Positions 59,616 to 64,000 of a stretch of 64,000 nucleotides of DNA are shown piece after piece. The notes below the pieces were generated by a model, which searched no databases, was not told the DNA's origin, and saw nothing but the letters and a program-made list of their open reading frames with translations. Both the position numbers and the translations under genes were made by a program. Location: positions 112,991 through 176,990 of the forward strand of contig DASPLI010000001.1 in NCBI GenBank assembly GCA_035627655.1. Reading direction: 5' to 3'. This DNA comes from Minisyncoccota bacterium. Lineage in GTDB: Bacteria; Patescibacteriota; Minisyncoccia; Phycocordibacterales; Phycocordibacteraceae. Positions within the stretch are counted from its first letter, which is position 1, and the number at the start of each line of letters is the position of its first letter.

Positions 59616-59645
59616 CTAAATGCAAAACTGCTCGCTAACAATCTG

Positions 59646-59900
59646 TTAGCGAGCAGTGAGCCGTTCCATGAGCCGCTGACTTTTTGGCTCGAAACGGGGA
59701 CTATTGATGGTTGCTGTAGTGAAGTCTGTCGCGACAAGCTTGCGTCCGAGCCTTGCTTCAAGATGCTCGACGCACAGCATGCCGTTGACGGTAGGCATCA
59801 CCTGCAACCAGAGGTCAGTGTGAACGAAGTAGTGTTCGTGGATTTTCCCGGTATCGACGCCACAATCGACACAAAGAAATTTACGGCGAGATTTTGCCAC
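59646..59900 (-). CDS. Small putative Zn-binding protein (CVDC...CVEH)
   Basis: GTG start with GGAGG SD and promoter TTGACA-16-TACTAT at 59938-59965. Confidence 0.75.
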   Translation of the reverse strand: MAKSRRKFLCVDCGVDTGKIHEHYFVHTDLWLQVMPTVNGMLCVEHLEARLGRKLVATDFTTATINSPRFEPKSQRLMERLTAR

Positions 59901-60078
59901 CGCCCTCCTCCTCTGTTCCGGTGCTAACCGAATCGTGATAGTACGTCGATTTTTATGTATGTCAATAATTACCTCATAACCGTAGCAATGGATGGCACTA
60001 CGTACACATCACTAGGTTGCGCGAGGTATTCATGAATTGACCGCAAAACACCCCATCACCTGGTGGTATGATGGGCGC

Positions 60079-60552
60079 ATGGAAGAGACGCCCGTCTTTG
60101 CATGGGAGGGCCGCGAGTACCAATTTGAAGAAAAGACTGCGGACTGGTACTGGGCACTCGGCATTATCGCGACTGCTGCCGCGATTGCCTCGGTCTTGTT
60201 TGGAAATATTCTGCTTGCGCTCGTTATTGCCGCAGCTGCTGTCTCTGTTGCGCTCGTCGCCTCTCGCGGCAGCCGCATGCATCGTTTCGCCATCTTTGAA
60301 AATGGCGTTGCGATCGACGATCATTTTTACCCGTTTGAGATCATGCTCCACTTCTCCGTGCTTGAGTATGTTGACGAAACCCTCCCTCCTTCCCTCTCCA
60401 TAAAAACCCGGCGCTTCCTTACGCCGCATTTCCTCATTCCTATCGTCGGCCATGATCCGGTCGAGATTTACGAGTTCATCTCGCAGCACCTTCCGGAAGG
60501 CAACCACCACGAGTCGCCCATGGACCGACTGGTCGAACTCTTCCGCATCTAG
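60079..60552 (+). CDS. Conserved hypothetical membrane protein
   Basis: WEGREY...KTADWYW, two TM helices, PH-like C-terminal domain. Confidence 0.78.
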   Translation: MEETPVFAWEGREYQFEEKTADWYWALGIIATAAAIASVLFGNILLALVIAAAAVSVALVASRGSRMHRFAIFENGVAIDDHFYPFEIMLHFSVLEYVDETLPPSLSIKTRRFLTPHFLIPIVGHDPVEIYEFISQHLPEGNHHESPMDRLVELFRI

Positions 60553-60591
60553 CTTGCGGTAGAGCCGTCAAAACGATAGAGTCATCAGGAC

Positions 60592-60663
60592 GCTCTCGTC
60601 GTTCAATGGATAGGACGCTAGCTTGCGGAGCTGGTAATGTAGGTTCGATTCCTACCGAGAGCA
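60592..60663 (+). tRNA. tRNA-Arg(GCG)
   Basis: Cloverleaf with anticodon arm CTAGC-TTGCGGA-GCTGG. Confidence 0.92.
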
Positions 60664-60674
60664 CACACTGATTC

Positions 60675-60746
60675 GCTTCCGTCGTTCAATGGATAGGACA
60701 TCTCCCTCCGAAGGAGAAAATGCAGGTTCGATTCCTGCCGGGAGCA
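60675..60746 (+). tRNA. tRNA-Arg(CCG)
   Basis: Cloverleaf with anticodon arm TCTCC-CTCCGAA-GGAGA. Confidence 0.93.
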
Positions 60747-60782
60747 CCGAAGAAAAAAGCCGGAGTATATCCGGCTTTTTTC

Positions 60783-61028
60783 TTACTTCTTCGCAGCAGC
60801 GAGTGCTTTAGCGAGTCGAGATTTCTTACGGGCGGCGGCGTTCTTCTTGATAATGCCGCGCTTCGCTGCCTTATCGATTGCCTGGTAGGCCTCAGAGAGT
60901 GCCTCAGGAGTCATAACCTTGCGAGCATCCTTAACAGAGGAGGTCATGGCGCGCTTGCGGCGCAGGTTGAAAACGCGCTTACGGAGGGATGCGCGGTGTG
61001 CCTTCTTTGCGGATGAAGTAATTGCCAT
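60783..61028 (-). CDS. rpsT: 30S ribosomal protein S20
   Basis: SAKKA...IDKAAKRGIIKKNAAARKKSRL. Confidence 0.96.
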   Translation of the reverse strand: MAITSSAKKAHRASLRKRVFNLRRKRAMTSSVKDARKVMTPEALSEAYQAIDKAAKRGIIKKNAAARKKSRLAKALAAAKK

Positions 61029-61115
61029 GCGCCGCATCCTACGCTACTTGGCGGCCTTTCGCAAGACGAGTACGAAAATGGGCTCCCCCACGAAGGAGGG
61101 AGCCCGAACTTCGGT

Positions 61116-61664
61116 TCAAAGTGTGGGGATCGCAACGACACTTCGATCGGGGAAATAACGCCCCGGGATCCGCCGTTTGATGACCCAATTAGAGCACCGA
61201 TAGGCGACATGCGCCCACAGCACATCATCATAGTCATCATCGACGACTTTTACGAAGAAGTCGTTTTGTTCCCCCATGGGAATCGATTTCCCACCTTCAT
61301 ACAGACGCATGATGTGGTGAATCGCTGCCCACGAGAGTGCAGCTCCTGACCAGCGGCGAGCGAGCCGTTCCCTGTGTTCCAGCAACGCTGAAGCACAGTT
61401 ATTCAGACGCGCGAGTCCGATGGTCTCCGATGGAGCCTCCTCGCGCGCGGGAATGCGCTCAAGGAAGATGGGGTCGATCTTCTCAATGATGGGTGCCCCC
61501 TTGGTTCCCTTGAACCCCTTTCTGAACACCTTCTTCGCCTGAAACTTCGGATCACCCGGAAAAGTGATGCGGAGTTCCGGCTGAGAAAATGGTGTGGTCA
61601 GAGGAACCGGGAGGAACGCATCAGAGTTTCGTTCGATCCTCAGTGCTGGTTCAGCCAATGACAT
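61116..61664 (-). CDS. Hypothetical protein
   Basis: AAGGGG SD, long leader hairpin at 61701-61748, terminator at 61080-61105. Confidence 0.65.
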   Translation of the reverse strand: MSLAEPALRIERNSDAFLPVPLTTPFSQPELRITFPGDPKFQAKKVFRKGFKGTKGAPIIEKIDPIFLERIPAREEAPSETIGLARLNNCASALLEHRERLARRWSGAALSWAAIHHIMRLYEGGKSIPMGEQNDFFVKVVDDDYDDVLWAHVAYRCSNWVIKRRIPGRYFPDRSVVAIPTL

Positions 61665-61823
61665 TGTAGTGTGTCCCCTTTTCTGACTGTTGAACCGCTA
61701 CGCCGCAGCAGGAAGGGTCCCCGGTGGGGGCGCTTTCTGCTGCGGCGAAGAATGTAAAAGTGCCGTCCTGGCACTATATCACCATGAAATAAATGAAAAC
61801 GCAATGAGTGCTAGGATAAGGGA

Positions 61824-62378
61824 ATGATTCGGCAGATCCGCGGTACCGTCCTTTCCGTTGAACCGCTCGGCGTCATTATTGACGTCTCCGGCTGGGGCGT
61901 TTTGGTCTATGTGTCGGCCCCGGACGCCTTTGCGCTCGGCGACGAGGTAACGCTTATGACCCATATGGCCGTCAAACAGGATGGCATCGAACTGTATGGA
62001 TTCGCAGATCCTGCAGATCTTCGCTTCTTTGAACTCTCCCTTTCCGTGTCTGGCGTTGGACCCAAGACCGCCCTTTCCCTGCTGCGTCGTGCGTCACGCG
62101 AAAGTCTTGAGAAAGCGATCGGTACTCGAGACGTTTCCTACCTGACGCGCGTTGTCGGACTTGGAAAGAAAGCTGCGGAAAAACTAATCGTTGAAATCAG
62201 CGAGAAGCTGTCCGTGGGAGAAGCGTCCGCTACCGGCGAAGACGCAGAAGTCTTTGATACGCTCGTTGCGCTTGGCTACACCGAGCGCGAAGCGCGCAAG
62301 GCCATTGGCGCTATTCCGGCGTCTGTTTCTGGCAAAGAAGCACGCCTTAAAGCTGCGCTGGCTTCAGGCGCCCACTAG
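61824..62378 (+). CDS. ruvA: Holliday junction branch migration protein RuvA
   Basis: LYGF, VSGVGPKTAL, GLGKKAAEKLIVE and LVALGY motifs. Confidence 0.96.
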   Translation: MIRQIRGTVLSVEPLGVIIDVSGWGVLVYVSAPDAFALGDEVTLMTHMAVKQDGIELYGFADPADLRFFELSLSVSGVGPKTALSLLRRASRESLEKAIGTRDVSYLTRVVGLGKKAAEKLIVEISEKLSVGEASATGEDAEVFDTLVALGYTEREARKAIGAIPASVSGKEARLKAALASGAH

Positions 62379-62380
62379 GT

Positions 62381-63649
62381 ATGTACAAACTTGTCAACGC
62401 GTTTGTAGTGGTTCTCAAGCGTTTTGTGCCGGAGCCGCTTGTCGCGCTTATTCGCACGCCATACCACTTCGCCCTCACGCTTCTTGCGGCAATCTCCTAC
62501 GGCTTCCCCGGCAAGTCGATGACGGTCATTGGCGTGACTGGCACCAAGGGAAAATCTACCGTTTCTGAAATGCTCTATATTGCGCTCAAGGGAGCGGGAT
62601 ACCAAACAGCAGTAGCGTCAACGATCCGCTTCGCCATCGGCGAACAGTCGGAACCAAACCTCTTTAAGATGACCATGCCCGGACGTGGCTTTATCCAGGA
62701 TTTTCTCGCTCGTGCGCGAAAAGCTGGCTGCACGCATGTAGTTATTGAAATAACGTCTGAGAGTACCCGTCAGTTCCGCCATCAATTTCTCTTTCTAAAC
62801 GCACTGGTCTTCACCAATCTTCAGAAAGAACATATTGAGTCACACGGATCGTTTGAGAACTATGCGGCAGCAAAGCTCAAGATCGGGAAAGCGCTCGCTG
62901 CCTCACCGAAGCGACCCCGCGCCATCGTCGCAAACGCAGACGACCCTAATAGCAAGCCGTTCCTTTCGCTCCCGGTAGAACAGACACTCCCCTTCTCGTA
63001 TGCGGATGCAAAAAACGTAGCGCTCAAGCCCGGCGCGGTGTCATTTACCTATAAGAATGTACCGTTTGACCTCCGACTTCCTGGAAGCTTTAGCGTTATG
63101 AACACTCTCGCGGTTATCAAAGCAGCGGAGTTTGTCGGTGCTTCGCTTGGGAAAATCTCTGACGCGCTTCGCTCGCTTGAACGCATTCCTGGAAGAACAG
63201 AGCGCATTGAGTGTGGCCAGTCGTTCCAGGCGGTCGTAGATTACGCCCACACTCCTGATTCTCTTAAAGCGCTCTATGACGCGTATCCTGGAAGGAAAAT
63301 TTGCGTCTTAGGAAACACCGGCGGTGGACGCGACACGTGGAAACGGCCAGAGATGGGACGTATTGCAGATACAGAATGCGCAGAGGTGATTCTCACGGAT
63401 GAGGATCCGTACGACGAAGACCCGCAAGCGATTGTGGACGCCATGGCAAAAGGCATGGATCGCGCACCAAAGATTATTCTTGATCGACGCGAGGCTATTC
63501 GTACTGCGCTCTCGCTCGCACAGCCAGGTGACAGCGTACTTATAACCGGCAAAGGAACAGATCCGTATATTATGCGCGCGAAGGGTATCAAAGAAGCATG
63601 GAGTGACGCAGCGGTAGTCCGGGAAGAGCTCCAGAAGCTGGTATCATAA
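62381..63649 (+). CDS. murE: Mur ligase, MurE-like
   Basis: GVTGTKGKST, TNL..EHIE.H, DYAHTP, DRREAI and TGKG motifs. Confidence 0.88.
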   Translation: MYKLVNAFVVVLKRFVPEPLVALIRTPYHFALTLLAAISYGFPGKSMTVIGVTGTKGKSTVSEMLYIALKGAGYQTAVASTIRFAIGEQSEPNLFKMTMPGRGFIQDFLARARKAGCTHVVIEITSESTRQFRHQFLFLNALVFTNLQKEHIESHGSFENYAAAKLKIGKALAASPKRPRAIVANADDPNSKPFLSLPVEQTLPFSYADAKNVALKPGAVSFTYKNVPFDLRLPGSFSVMNTLAVIKAAEFVGASLGKISDALRSLERIPGRTERIECGQSFQAVVDYAHTPDSLKALYDAYPGRKICVLGNTGGGRDTWKRPEMGRIADTECAEVILTDEDPYDEDPQAIVDAMAKGMDRAPKIILDRREAIRTALSLAQPGDSVLITGKGTDPYIMRAKGIKEAWSDAAVVREELQKLVS

Positions 63650-63655
63650 ACAGCA

Positions 63656-64000
63656 ATGGCTGAAACACCTTCAGGCGGCGGCGGAACCGATCTGATGTTC
63701 TTCGTGGGGATGATGCTTCTCTTCTTTTTGGTATGGATTGCCGGAGGCGGACCTTCTCGTCCTATATCGCTCTCGGGTCCCCTCCTGACGCCGATTGCTA
63801 TTCCTGGCCCCGGCGGCGTGACGTACGGAACCACGACCCCTGGTGGTTCTGGCATTAGCGCAGGCGCAACCGTCTCCATAACCAAAGACTCGACCGGCGC
63901 AAAAAGCACTGACGCAAAGACGGAGTACCTCACTATTTATGTCTCTCCGGTTGCAGACGGACCGATATCAACTGCGGGATGGCGTCTCGTGTCGCGGCAG
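63656..64000 (+). CDS. Membrane-anchored hypothetical protein (partial)
   Basis: ATG 63656 (MAETPSGGGGTDLMFFVG...WIAGGGPSRP), open to the window end. Confidence 0.7.
   Translation, partial: MAETPSGGGGTDLMFFVGMMLLFFLVWIAGGGPSRPISLSGPLLTPIAIPGPGGVTYGTTTPGGSGISAGATVSITKDSTGAKSTDAKTEYLTIYVSPVADGPISTAGWRLVSRQ

Noticed and set aside
61701-61748. Long GC hairpin CGCCGCAGCAG...CTGCTGCGGCG as a riboswitch or SRP RNA
   Set aside because: A single hairpin with no recognisable aptamer or SRP loop motif. It is most simply a 5'-stabilising stem for the downstream orphan gene.

Overview
About 64 kb of chromosomal DNA from a small-genome bacterium. Gene content, gene order and rRNA features point to Patescibacteria/CPR, probably Parcubacteria (inference). 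Standard code 11 fits. Core genes include rodA, rplJL, ftsK, recA, efp, rpsF-ssb-rpsR, tatD, metG, glyQS, recO, ileS, argS, glyA, thyA, folA, secE-nusG-rplK, mscL, rplS, pilMNO, yqgF, rpsT, ruvA and a Mur ligase, plus 8 ordinary tRNAs. A 23S-5S operon has its own promoter and no 16S. The 23S carries three insertions: an ORF-less group I intron at the L2593 site, a small hairpin near the 5' end, and a ~280-nt helix-45 intervening sequence containing a tRNA-like cloverleaf with an aberrant anticodon arm. Other highlights are a thyA-HIT-deaminase-cytidylyltransferase-folA cluster whose ThyA lacks conserved phosphate-binding arginines, a ~560-nt structured region upstream of an acidic surface protein, GGACA/TGTCC motifs clustered on a wHTH gene, a pseudoknot sRNA candidate after efp, and an IleRS with an inserted histidine-phosphatase domain. 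Core genes look leaderless while orphan cassettes carry Shine-Dalgarno sites. All structures and alignments were done by eye. No CRISPR array, transposase or integrase was seen.
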